Of a stretch of DNA of 64,000 nucleotides, positions 1-10,100 are shown in pieces. Each line of letters opens with the position of its first letter. Position 1 is the stretch's first letter. The DNA lies in the NCBI GenBank assembly GCA_042408215.1, contig JAYFMW010000020.1:64001-128000 (forward strand), written 5' to 3'. The notes under the pieces were generated by a model. It was not told the origin of the DNA, did no database searches, and worked only from the letters and a program-made list of their open reading frames with translations. The position numbers and the translations under genes were made by a program. Origin of the DNA: Microcoleus sp. GTDB taxonomy: Bacteria > Cyanobacteriota > Cyanobacteriia > Cyanobacteriales > Microcoleaceae.

Positions 1-542
1 CTGGGAAGAGTTCTTTGCTGCGGGCAATTGCGGGTTTGTGGGACTCAGGAACGGGCCGTTTGGTGCGGCCGGAACTCGGCGAAATGCTGTTTTTGCCGCA
101 GCGTCCTTATATGATTTTGGGTAGTTTGCGATCGCAACTCCTCTACCCCAACACCAGCAGCGAGGTGGACGAGGAAAAATTGCGCGCAGTTTTGACATTA
201 GTAAACTTAGCAGATTTGCCGGACAGATTGGGCGGTTTTGACGCAGATTTAGATTGGGCTGATGTTTTGTCTTTGGGAGAACAGCAGCGGCTGGCTTTTG
301 CCAGATTGTTGCTAACCCAACCGCGATACGCTATTTTGGATGAGGCGACAAGTGCTTTAGATTTGAAGAACGAGCAACATTTATACGAACAGTTACAAGC
401 AACTAAAACTACCTTTGTGAGTGTCGGCCACAGAACGAGTTTGTTGCAATATCACCAGCAGGTTTTGGAACTGTTGGGTGATGCGACTTGGCGGCTGGTT
501 TCGGTCGAAGAATATCGCGATCGCGCGAAGGTTTTTGCCTAA
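1..542 (+). CDS. ABC transporter ATP-binding/permease protein (YddA/ABCD-like), C-terminal part; 5' end lies outside the window
   Basis: FLPQRPY Q-loop, LSLGEQQR signature, ILDEATSALD Walker B, SVGHR H-loop. Confidence 0.85.
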   Translation, partial: GKSSLLRAIAGLWDSGTGRLVRPELGEMLFLPQRPYMILGSLRSQLLYPNTSSEVDEEKLRAVLTLVNLADLPDRLGGFDADLDWADVLSLGEQQRLAFARLLLTQPRYAILDEATSALDLKNEQHLYEQLQATKTTFVSVGHRTSLLQYHQQVLELLGDATWRLVSVEEYRDRAKVFA

Positions 543-731
543 TCTTGTAGGGGCCCAGAGTCCCGCAGCACTTTAAGTGTTGCGGGGTTCTAATCCACTT
601 CGGACTGCAAAAGCAAACTGAAAATTGCCAGTGGGAATTCCTAGCGGATTCCAACTCACCAGAAAGACGAGCGGGAAGCCCCTGACTTCAGGCATGGGGA
701 GGAACGCGGCTGCGACGACCGCCGCCTTGAA

Positions 732-2006
732 CTAAAATCCATAGGAATAACCATCCTTTTTGTGAATAGATTTGCAATATTTATGACTAATTCCCGCTAC
801 TCTTCCCGCCGTTGTGGCGATGTCGAACGAACCGGATGCGCGGCAAAGAATTCGTCCCACATAGGAGCCGACCTTCTTGCCTGCTGTGACGGTAGCGCTG
901 ACAATATCGCCGGTCTGAAAACCGAAATGGATTTGCTTTCTCGACTTGTGACGAATTGGGAAGCCAAACTTATCTGTGCCGCACATTTGTCGAGTACCGT
1001 GTCCTGCTGCCTTAATTAGCAGCGGTTGAGAAGTCAGCACTTTTAATTCTTCGACTTTGCCTACACAAGCAGCATCTAACCAGTGAGTTTTAGCTAAATT
1101 TAATCGAGTGCGGTTGAACTTTGTTAGACCACCACTGCCTGTAGAAACAAGCAAGCCAGTCATACGAAGTCGGTTAAATAACGCCCAGCGAGTTGAATTG
1201 ACTGCTGCTGCGTCTTTTAAAGACCGCTTTGCTTGAGATAGAATTCGCTTCAAAATTTCTGGCTTTTTGGAGAGGAATTGCTCAATATCTTGAGTTCCCT
1301 TCCGAGTATTACAATTTTCGCAAGCAAGGCAAAGATTAGAAATACGATTAGATCCGCCTTTGGCTTTGGGATGAATGTGTTCGACTTGTAGCGGTGTATC
1401 CGTAACTCCACAATACGCGCACTTCCTATCCCATTTATTCAACAAGTATTCGCGGATTTCGTAACCACATAAAACGCCTTGCTGGTACTCCAGTCCACTA
1501 ATTTCTGGATTTTCTCGTCGTTGTAAGTCGAATCGCACAAGTTCTTGAGCAATAGAACTAATGGGAGCGACTTTCATTAATCTAGTTACCCATGTCAGGA
1601 TTGTTTCGACACGATGTTGCAAGCTTGGAGCCAGCCATCCTTTAGGGCAAGTTCTATTTAGAAATCTAGCCTTTCGATAACGAGTATGGCGATTTCTCCT
1701 GCCTCTACGCAGTGAACGGCGAGACTCCAAACAGGCTTTAATTGATTGACCTCGGTGAGTTAGTTCTGCACCAAAGATTACGTTTTCTCCTTCGACTAAT
1801 GCAATGCCCGTGGTTTGGGAGCCAGGATCTATTTTAAGAGTGATGGGTTGTTGGGATACCGTTACCTCTACTTTGAGAATTAGCGTGAATGGATACCTTT
1901 TGAAAACAGCAGCTTTGCCAGTGGTTAGCAATTTACGAGCCATTCCTGGGCGGATTGGATTGAGCGGTCGTTTTTGGGTATCAAGTACAAAAACGAAATT
2001 AGACAT
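732..2006 (-). CDS. iscB: RNA-guided endonuclease IscB (RRXRR/HNH), about 424 aa
   Basis: PLNP (PLMP domain), RuvC-I IDPG, Arg-rich bridge helix RRSLRRGRRNR, HNH CAYC...EHIHPKAKGGSNRISNL..ACENCN, RuvC-III HWLDA. ATG at 2006 is preceded by GGAGG. Confidence 0.95.
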   Translation of the reverse strand: MSNFVFVLDTQKRPLNPIRPGMARKLLTTGKAAVFKRYPFTLILKVEVTVSQQPITLKIDPGSQTTGIALVEGENVIFGAELTHRGQSIKACLESRRSLRRGRRNRHTRYRKARFLNRTCPKGWLAPSLQHRVETILTWVTRLMKVAPISSIAQELVRFDLQRRENPEISGLEYQQGVLCGYEIREYLLNKWDRKCAYCGVTDTPLQVEHIHPKAKGGSNRISNLCLACENCNTRKGTQDIEQFLSKKPEILKRILSQAKRSLKDAAAVNSTRWALFNRLRMTGLLVSTGSGGLTKFNRTRLNLAKTHWLDAACVGKVEELKVLTSQPLLIKAAGHGTRQMCGTDKFGFPIRHKSRKQIHFGFQTGDIVSATVTAGKKVGSYVGRILCRASGSFDIATTAGRVAGISHKYCKSIHKKDGYSYGF

Positions 2007-2019
2007 AAAGTCCTCCATT

Positions 2020-2280
2020 GCTGGGTAAAGTTCGCTTCGCCGAATGTTTTCATGAGCTTGTCGTGCTCAAAAGCACTGGTCCTTAACCCCGTTACAGCCT
2101 GTTTAACTTCCGGCGATAGAGCGTACAAACTAGCGACGCATTCTGTAGGTATCGTGACCAAAGAAAACGTAGGACCAAGGGATGTCTGAGGCTGGTCGAT
2201 GCTTGCTGGCTTGCATCCCGCTCGGAACGAGCCGGACAGTCCCTACAAGCCCCTCGCCTTTAGGCGATGGGGTTCATGAC
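2020..2280 (-). ncRNA. omegaRNA (HEARO-type) scaffold of IscB
   Basis: Minus strand reads GTCATGAACCCC...GGGGCTTG...GACCAGCCT...CTACGTT...GTTAAACAG...CAGTG...AACATTCGGCGAAGCGAACTTTACC directly upstream of iscB. The motif order is typical of HEARO/omegaRNA. Confidence 0.85.
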
Positions 2281-2326
2281 ACAATATAATAGAAGGTAGA
2301 TTTTTAGTATAAGCGAGATTCCTACC

Positions 2327-3979
2327 TTGACTACTCAGATTCCTCAGAACTTTGTGCAAACGATCGCCAAAGAGCGCGCAGTCACAGATGCCGAGTTAGA
2401 AACTGTGTTTATGGCTCTCGACGGTCAAACTACGGCGAAAATCGCAACCAAGCTTGGGATTAGCGATATTGCGGTTCGCAAAAGACTCGGCGAGGTTTAC
2501 AAAAAATTTCAGATTGGGGGGAACGGTCCTGGAAAGTTGTCGGAATTGAGACATCAGTTACTGTTTTTATACCAAACCGAGTCGGGAGCGAGGGATTTTA
2601 TTCCCAGAGGTAGAGGAGTTTTATCCAAGATTGCGATCCTCTCCGAGGGCTTCGCTAACGGACACCGACAACAAGATTGGGGCGAAGCACCAGATGTTTC
2701 GGTTTTTTACGGACGGAATGAAGAATTAACTACTTTAAAACAGTGGATTGTATCAGATAATTGTCGGTTGGTGGCGCTACTGGGTTTGGCTGGCTGCGGC
2801 AAAACAACTCTCGCGGTGCAATTGGCCTCACAGATCAAGCATGAGTTTGATTTTGTGATTTGGCGCTCTTTGCGATCGACACCTTCTGCACAAGACTTTT
2901 TAACTAACTTAATTCAAGTTTTTTCCAACCAACAAAAACCCGATTTGCCGCTCGACCTCAACGGCAAAATATCCCGGCTGGTTGAGTATCTGCGTTTTTC
3001 CCGCTGTCTGCTGATTTTCGACGATTTTGAAGCAATTTTGCAGCCATCAGAGTTAGCGGGACACTACCGCGAAGGCTACGAGGGATATAGAGAGTTAATC
3101 CTGCGGCTCGCCGAGGTAAATCACCATAGCTGTTTGGTCCTAGTTAGTTCGGAAGAACCGACAGAATTGGCTTTGCTAACCGCCGAAAAAGTGCGCTGTT
3201 TAAAACCTGCTATTTCCCCGGAAATTGCGCGGTATATTTTCCAAGAAAAAGGTTTATCAGCTAAAGATAAAGATTGGAAAATATTGATGGCGCGGTACGG
3301 AGGAAATCTGTTAGCGTTGAAAATTGTGGCGGCAACGATTCACGATTTTTTCGAGGATAATGTCTTTAAGTTTTTGGAAGCAACGGCATTATTTATTGAT
3401 GAACGCATCAGTAATTTGCTCGCGCAGGAGTTCGATCGAATGTCGAGTGCGGAAACCGATATTGCCTACTGGTTGGCGATTGCTCAAAGTCCGATTTCCC
3501 TGGCGAAGTTGCGAGAGGATATGTTCATCAAGTCGTCGCTTTCAGATTTGCTAAAAAATCTGGATTCTTTAGGTCGTCGGTCGCTGATTGAAAAAATCCA
3601 GCCCGGGGAAACTGTTTTTATGCTTCAGCCTTTGATGGTGAAATATGTTAGCGACAGATTAGTATATCAGATTATATCTGAGGTTTTGGAGGCGATTAAT
3701 ACCCAAGGAATCGAAAAAATGCAGTTGTTGAAGACTCACAATTTTAGCACAAGTATTGCTAAAGGAAAACAAAGTAAAGAGCGTCGAAGTAATTCTATTT
3801 TAGAATTAGTTAAAAATCGCCTGCAAGTGTTGTTTCTCAAAACTACAGGTTTTGAAGAACCGCTAAATATCCTGACGAAAGTTGCCTCTGATATGGAGCA
3901 TAAATCGACCCTAGAGGTGGGATATGCTAGGGAAAATCTGGCGCAGATTATTGCCGAATTGACAAGTTATTGTAAGTAA
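2327..3979 (+). CDS. HTH + NB-ARC (STAND NTPase) protein without C-terminal WD40/TPR repeats
   Basis: N-terminal HTH (IATKLGISDIAVRKRLGEVY), DWGEAPDVSVFYGR, Walker A GLAGCGKTT, Walker B LLIFDDFE, GNLLALKI (GLPL-like). TTG start uncertain. Confidence 0.85.
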   Translation: MTTQIPQNFVQTIAKERAVTDAELETVFMALDGQTTAKIATKLGISDIAVRKRLGEVYKKFQIGGNGPGKLSELRHQLLFLYQTESGARDFIPRGRGVLSKIAILSEGFANGHRQQDWGEAPDVSVFYGRNEELTTLKQWIVSDNCRLVALLGLAGCGKTTLAVQLASQIKHEFDFVIWRSLRSTPSAQDFLTNLIQVFSNQQKPDLPLDLNGKISRLVEYLRFSRCLLIFDDFEAILQPSELAGHYREGYEGYRELILRLAEVNHHSCLVLVSSEEPTELALLTAEKVRCLKPAISPEIARYIFQEKGLSAKDKDWKILMARYGGNLLALKIVAATIHDFFEDNVFKFLEATALFIDERISNLLAQEFDRMSSAETDIAYWLAIAQSPISLAKLREDMFIKSSLSDLLKNLDSLGRRSLIEKIQPGETVFMLQPLMVKYVSDRLVYQIISEVLEAINTQGIEKMQLLKTHNFSTSIAKGKQSKERRSNSILELVKNRLQVLFLKTTGFEEPLNILTKVASDMEHKSTLEVGYARENLAQIIAELTSYCK

Positions 3980-3984
3980 TATCA

Positions 3985-4027
3985 TGGGCATAGGACATAG
4001 GGCATAGGGCATAGGGCATAGGGCATA
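3985..4027. repeat. Heptamer tandem repeat (GGGCATA)n
   Basis: About 6 copies directly visible. Confidence 0.9.
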
Positions 4028-4105
4028 CTATAGAACAACAAAAAAAGCGATCGCCCTTGATGACTGCGATCGCCCAATGCTCAACAAAAACAGAGTTTGA
4101 TAAAA

Positions 4106-5836
4106 TTATTTGAAAATGCCCAAAACTGATGCAGATTCAGACCCTGTAATTTTACCCAAAGCAGGCGCTCTTTGAGCCTGTGCAATTTGGGGAACCAAAA
4201 TTCCCTTCGCATAAATCCGAGGATTTTCCTGAGCAATTTGGATGTAAGATTGCCGGACTTCTGCGTTCACTGCGACAGTCTTTGCATCATAAACTTGCAT
4301 CGCCATCTTAGGATAGAAACCAATACCAACAATCGGTATCAAAAAGCAAAATGCGATCGCCACTTCGCGAGGTTGAGCATCGATAAACTTGGCATCCCCC
4401 GGCAAAACGCAACTATTACCGAAACAAACCGCTTCATCCAGATTATTTCTCTGATTCTGCAAATCTAAATCCTCGATGTCACAAGCCGCTGCGGCTCCAG
4501 AATTATAAAATAGCTGGCGCAGCATCGAGAGCAAATAAATCGGTGTCAAAATCACTCCAACCGCCGCCAGAAACACAATCACAGCGCGGAAAGAATCGCT
4601 GTAGATATCGCTAGTTGCCACACCCACAAATATGGAGAGTTCGCTAGCAAAACCACTCATACCAGGAAGTGCTAAGGAAGCCAGAGCGCCCGCCGTAAAC
4701 AAGGCAAACACTTTGGGCATAACTGTACCAATCTCGCCCATTTCATCCATAACCATTGTATGGGTGCGATCGTAAGTAACGCCAGCCAGAAAGAACAAAA
4801 CTGAGGCGATTAAACCGTGAGAAATCATTTGCAACAGAGCACCGTTGATTCCTAAGTCATTGAAAGAAGCAATACCGAGGAGCACGAATCCCATGTGAGA
4901 AATCGACGAATTCGCTAGGCGGCGCTTCATGTTCGTTTGGCCAAAGGAATTCAGCGCACCATAGATAATATTGACCACGCCGAGCACCACCATAATCGGT
5001 GCAAAGTAAACGTGTGCTTTGGGAAGAAGTTCCAAATTCAGACGAATCAAGCCGTATCCGCCCATTTTTAACAGCACACCGGCCAGAATCATCGACACGG
5101 GAGAAGATGCTTCGCCGTGCGCGTCAGGGAGCCAAGTGTGAAAGGGGAAAATAGCCAGTTTCACGCCGAAAGCAACCAGCAATCCTGCATAAAGCAGTAA
5201 TTCTAAACCCAGCGGGTAGTCTTTCAAGCCTAGTTCCACCATGTCGAAGGTGGGAGTACCTCCGCCGTAGAATGCCATTGCTAAAGCTGCGATTAAAATG
5301 AAAATTGAAGCGCCTGCGGTATAAATCAAGAATTTGGTAGCTGCGTAGCGGCGGTTTTGGCCGCCCCAAATCGAGATTAGCAGGTAAACCGGAATTAGTT
5401 CTAGTTCCCAGACAATGAACAGTAGCATGATGTCTTGGGCGACGAAGACTCCTATCTGTGCGGAGTACATCACCAGCATCAGGAAGTAGAAAAGTCGTGG
5501 TTTGCGATCGACTTCCCAGGCTGCAAAGATTGATAGCGTCGTCACCAATCCCGCCAACAGTACCAGCGGGACTGACAATCCGTCAACCGAAACAGACCAG
5601 TTGAGGCCTAAAGAAGGTATCCAGGGATATTGTTCTACGATTTGGAAAGTAGAGATGCTCGGATCGTAATGAGTCCAAAACACCCAGCACATTAATACAA
5701 AATCTGCAATTGCGACGCCTAGGGCATACCAGCGAATGGTTTTGCCATTTGTGTCAGGCAGAAAAGGGATGGCGACGGAAGCTACGAGGGGTAGTAGGAC
5801 AATCGCGGTCAGCCAAGGAAATTGATCCGCTATCAT
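4106..5836 (-). CDS. ndhD: NAD(P)H-quinone oxidoreductase subunit 4 (NdhD paralog)
   Basis: FPWLTAI N-terminus, [45 protein letters not shown]. Confidence 0.93.
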   Translation of the reverse strand: MIADQFPWLTAIVLLPLVASVAIPFLPDTNGKTIRWYALGVAIADFVLMCWVFWTHYDPSISTFQIVEQYPWIPSLGLNWSVSVDGLSVPLVLLAGLVTTLSIFAAWEVDRKPRLFYFLMLVMYSAQIGVFVAQDIMLLFIVWELELIPVYLLISIWGGQNRRYAATKFLIYTAGASIFILIAALAMAFYGGGTPTFDMVELGLKDYPLGLELLLYAGLLVAFGVKLAIFPFHTWLPDAHGEASSPVSMILAGVLLKMGGYGLIRLNLELLPKAHVYFAPIMVVLGVVNIIYGALNSFGQTNMKRRLANSSISHMGFVLLGIASFNDLGINGALLQMISHGLIASVLFFLAGVTYDRTHTMVMDEMGEIGTVMPKVFALFTAGALASLALPGMSGFASELSIFVGVATSDIYSDSFRAVIVFLAAVGVILTPIYLLSMLRQLFYNSGAAAACDIEDLDLQNQRNNLDEAVCFGNSCVLPGDAKFIDAQPREVAIAFCFLIPIVGIGFYPKMAMQVYDAKTVAVNAEVRQSYIQIAQENPRIYAKGILVPQIAQAQRAPALGKITGSESASVLGIFK

Positions 5837-5976
5837 GGGGTGAGAATAAATATTTAGTGGGAGATGACTAAAATTATAATACTAAATTTAATAAAAACTT
5901 AAGATTTATTCATAATTGTTTATTATATCGAGATCAATACGGATTTACCAATCACGAATTGCTACAAAAGTCAATT

Positions 5977-6068
5977 GATTTGAGATTTGAGATTTGAGAT
6001 TTGAGATTCAGGACTTACGCACAACAAATATAGCGTTTTATAGGGGCAATCTCCCTGTGGTTGCCCCC
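5977..6068. repeat. (GATTTGA)n heptamer run, then a CAGGACTTACGCAC end motif and a TAGGGGCAA..TTGCCCC REP-like palindrome
   Basis: Directly visible; the same motif families recur elsewhere in the window. Confidence 0.7.
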
Positions 6069-6101
6069 GTCTGTGGTGATGTTGCGATCGCCAATCAGCC
6101 T

Positions 6102-6848
6102 TCAATCCGGCAAATCTGGATCAACTCCCAATTCGCGCAACTTAGCCGCCAATCGTTCTGCTCTTTGGTGTTCCTGCTGTGCTCTGTGGCGTTCCTGCTG
6201 TGCTTGCTCGGAACTCCACAACAACAAATTACCTGAATTATCCCACCAACGCAGCCAGTTCATGGTTTGTCCCAACCGTTCCCCAAACCAAATCCCCAGA
6301 TACAGTTCCAGTTGTGGAATCCACACCCGCCCCTGCTCATTTGCTGAGTGTAGAACATATCGTCCATCTTGCAAATAACGGACTTCTAAACTTCTATCGT
6401 AGGGGTCATAAGTGACATAAGTAGGAACTTGAAGAATCTGTTCATAAAAGTAGAATTTGCCATAGGGGGGAGTTGCTCTGAGTGATAATTCTCCTCCCTC
6501 GGCTTCTGAGAGAAACTCCATCGCGATCGCCACATTAGCACCATCAGTATTAGGAGTATAACTACGGCGAATTACCCCTTCGGGTAGAGGATGCACTTGA
6601 GGCACATAAAACCAGTCTGGAGCTTTGACAACAGTGTTTTTATTAACAGTTGCAACTAGCCCTAAATTAGAAGCAATTAGCATTTCTGGCTGAATATACC
6701 CGGCGGCTCCGAGTGCATCAGTCAGAGCAGCCGCCAGAGCGGGTTGTTGAGTATTTTCCACAGGATCGTCGGGTAATACGAAGTTAGCGGGTAGGGGTTC
6801 CCAAGTGACGGTTGGTTTGGCTTTGATATAAGGGGCTTCGAGTACCAT
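6102..6848 (-). CDS. Uma2 (DUF820) family putative endonuclease
   Basis: LPDDPVEN, KAPDWFYVP, RRSY, MEFLS, WLRWWD..GNLL, coiled-coil tail ending LRELGVDPD. Confidence 0.9.
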   Translation of the reverse strand: MVLEAPYIKAKPTVTWEPLPANFVLPDDPVENTQQPALAAALTDALGAAGYIQPEMLIASNLGLVATVNKNTVVKAPDWFYVPQVHPLPEGVIRRSYTPNTDGANVAIAMEFLSEAEGGELSLRATPPYGKFYFYEQILQVPTYVTYDPYDRSLEVRYLQDGRYVLHSANEQGRVWIPQLELYLGIWFGERLGQTMNWLRWWDNSGNLLLWSSEQAQQERHRAQQEHQRAERLAAKLRELGVDPDLPD

Positions 6849-6925
6849 TTTATTAACCTTCAACCAGAAATGTTTGTGTAAATTTGTCTATCTTAACTCA
6901 AGTTGCTAGTTTCTGGATGGGGATG

Positions 6926-6984
6926 GGGCGGGTCGATCTGATTTGTCGGTGGGTAGCAAAGATTTCGGCGAACCCGCCCCTACA
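6926..6984. repeat. REP-like inverted pair GGGGCGGGT...AACCCGCCCCTAC
   Basis: Inverted repeat; related copies lie at about 53985-54240. Confidence 0.7.
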
Positions 6985-7128
6985 ATTATTGATCTTCTTC
7001 CTGGGAATTGTCACTGGGATTTAAAACCTTGCCTAACATATTACCAATTAAGGGTAATTGGGCGATCGCCATTTTCATTAATTCTCAGAAAGTTTCATAA
7101 TCAGCCATTAAGCCAAACACTTTTGACT

Positions 7129-10100
7129 TTAAATCGATTTGTCTTCTCTTGCTTGCTTGTGACGGAAATATTCGCGGATGGCGTTAATACCTTGTTCTGC
7201 AATTTCAATTGGGGGATCTTCGAGGGGGTTGTTCGTTAAATCAAGTGCGGATAAATTGGTGAGACGGGTGATAGATTCTGGTACGCTTGTCAGTCCGTTG
7301 TTCCATAAAGCAAGTTGGGATAAATTGGTGAGACGGGAAATAGTTTCTGGTACGCTTGTCAGTCCGTTGTTCCATAAAGCAAGTCTGGATAAATTGGTGA
7401 GACGGGTGATTGATTCTGGTACGCTTGTCAGTTCGTTGTCACTTAAATCAAGTGTGGATAAATTGGTGAGGCGGGTGATAGTTTCTGGTACGCTTGTCAG
7501 TCCGTTTCCACCTAGATTAAGATAGGATAAATTGGAGAGACGGGTGATAGATTCTGGTACGCTCGTCAGTTGGTTGTAACTTAAAGAAAGTGCGGATAAA
7601 TTGGTGAGACGGGTGATAGATTCTGGTACGCTCGTCAGTTTGTTGTTCGTTAAATCAAGTGCGGATAAATTGGTGAGACGGGCGATAGATTCTGGTACGC
7701 TCGTCAGTTTGTTGTTACTTAAATTAAGTCTGGATAAATTGGAGAGACGGGAGATAGATTCTGGTACGCTTGTCAGTTGGTTACTATCTAAATTAAGATC
7801 GGATAAATTGGTGAGACGGGTGATAGATTCTGGTACGCTCGTCAGTTTGTTGCCATATAAAGAAAGTGCGGATAAATTGGTGAGATGGGAGATAGATTCT
7901 GGTACGCTCGTCAGTTGGTTCCAACTTAAATCAAGTGTGGATAAATTGGTGAGACGGGAGATAGATTCGGGTACGCTCGTCAGTTTGTTGCCATATAAAT
8001 TAAGATAGGATAAATTGGTGATACGGGTGATAGATTCTGGTACGCTCGTCAGTTTGTTGTTCGTTAAATCAAGTGTGGATAAATTGGTGAGACGGGTGAT
8101 AGATTCTGGTACGCTTGTCAGTTTGTTGAAACTTAAATTCAACTTTTCCAACCATTCCAACTCAAACACCTCGGTCGGAATTTCGGTTAATGAATTACTC
8201 CTCAAATCTAATTCAGTGAGGCGTTGTTCCTTGACTCGTTGAATTAATCGGAAATATTTACGAATCGCGTTAATACCTTGTTTTGCAATTTCAATTGGGG
8301 GATCTTCGAGGGGGTTGCTACCTAAATCAAGTGTGGATAAATTGGTCAGACAGGTGATAGATTTTGGTACGCTCGTCAGTTGGTTGTTACTTAAATCAAG
8401 TTTGGATAAATTGGTGAGACGGGTGATAGATTCTGGTACGCTCGTCAGTTGGTTACTACCTAAATAAAGTTCGGATAAATTGGTGAGATGGGAGATAGAT
8501 TCTGGTACGCTCGTCAGTTGGTTCCAACTTAAATCAAGTGTGGATAAATTGGTGAGACGGGTGATAGATTCTGGTACGCTCGTCAGTTGGTTGTCATATA
8601 AAGAAAGTGCGGATAAGTTGGTGAGATGGGAGATAGATTCTGGTACGCTCGTCAGTTTGTTGTTACTTAAATAAAGTTCGGATAAATTGGTGAGACGAGA
8701 GATAGATTCTGGTACGCTCGTCAGTTGGTTGTTACTTAAATCAAGTTCGGATAAATTGGTGAGACGGGTGATAGATTCTGGTACGCTAGTCAGTTGGTTT
8801 TCAACTAAATAAAGTTCGGATAAATTGGTGAGATGGGAGATAGATTCTGGTACGCTCGTCAGTTGGTTGCCGCTTAAATCAAGATAGGATAAATTGGTGA
8901 GACGGGTGATAGATTCTGGTACGCTAGTCAGTTGGTTGCCACTTAAAAAAAGTATGGATAAATTGGAGAGACGGGTGATAGATTCTGGTAGGCTCGTCAG
9001 TTGGTTGTCACTTAAAGAAAGTGCGGATAAATTGGTGAGACGGGTGATAGATTCTGGTAGGCTCGTCAGTTGGTTGCGAGTTAAATCAAGACCGGATAAA
9101 TTGGTGAGACGGGTGATAGATTCTGGTACGCTCGTCAGTTGGTTGCGAGTTAAATCAAGATAGGATAAATTGGTGAGACGGGTGATAGATTCTGGTACGC
9201 TAGTCAGTTGGTTTTCAACTAAATAAAGTTCAGATAAATTGGAGAGACGGGTGATAGATTCTGGTACGCTCGTCAGTTGGTTGTTGCTTAAATTCAACTT
9301 TTCCAACCATTCCAACTCAAACACCTCGGTCGGAATTTCGGTTAATGAATTACCGCTCAAATCCAATTCAGTGAGGCGTTGTTCCTTGACTCCTTGAATT
9401 AATCGGAAATATTTACGAATCGCCTTAATACCTTGTTTTGCAATTTCAATTGGGGGATCTTCGAGGGGGTTGCTACCTAAATCAAGTTTGAATAAATTGG
9501 TGAGACGGGTGATAGATTTTGGTACGCTCGTCAGTTGGTTGTTACTTAAATCAAGTTTGGATAAATTGGTGAGACAGGTGATAGATTTTGGTACGCTCGT
9601 CAGTTGGTTGTTACTTAAATCAAGTTTGGATAAATTGGTGAGACGGGTGATAGATTCTGGTACGCTTGTCAGTTGGTTACTACCTAAAAAAAGTGTGGAT
9701 AAATTGGTGAGACGGGTGATAGATTCTGGTACGCTTGTCAGTCCGTTTTCGCTTAAATCAAGTGTGGATAAATTGGTGAGACGGGTGATAGATTCTGGTA
9801 CGCTTGTCAGTTGGTTACTACCTAAAAAAAGTGTGGATAAATTGGTGAGACGGGTGATAGATTCTGGTACGCTTGTCAGTTGGTTACTACCTAAAAAAAG
9901 TGTGGATAAATTGGTGAGACGGGTGATAGATTCTGGTACGCTTGTCAGTTGGTTGCCCATTAAATAAAGATAGGATAAATTGGTGAGACGGGTGATAGAT
10001 TCTGGTACGCTTGTCAGTTGGTTGCTACCTAAATCAAGTGTGGATAAATTGGTGAGACGGGTGATAGATTCTGGTACGCTCGTCAGTTGGTTGTTATATA

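Larger units (their letters stand above)
660..2280 (-). mobile_element. Non-autonomous IS200/IS605-superfamily IscB element (no tnpA)
   Basis: On + strand: TCAC|15 nt|GAAG-C-CCCTGACTTCAGGCATGGGG hairpin at one end and CAAG-C-CCCTCGCCTTTAGGCGATGGGG-TTCA-TGAC| at the other. Both guide/cleavage tetranucleotide pairs (GAAG/TCAC, CAAG/TGAC) follow the IS608 pairing rule. Confidence 0.85.

Noticed and set aside
560..586. Hairpin CCCGCAGCAC-TTTAA-GTGTTGCGGG as the IscB element end
   Set aside because: The guide/cleavage rule places the end at 659/660. This hairpin is more likely a terminator or repeat after the ABC gene.
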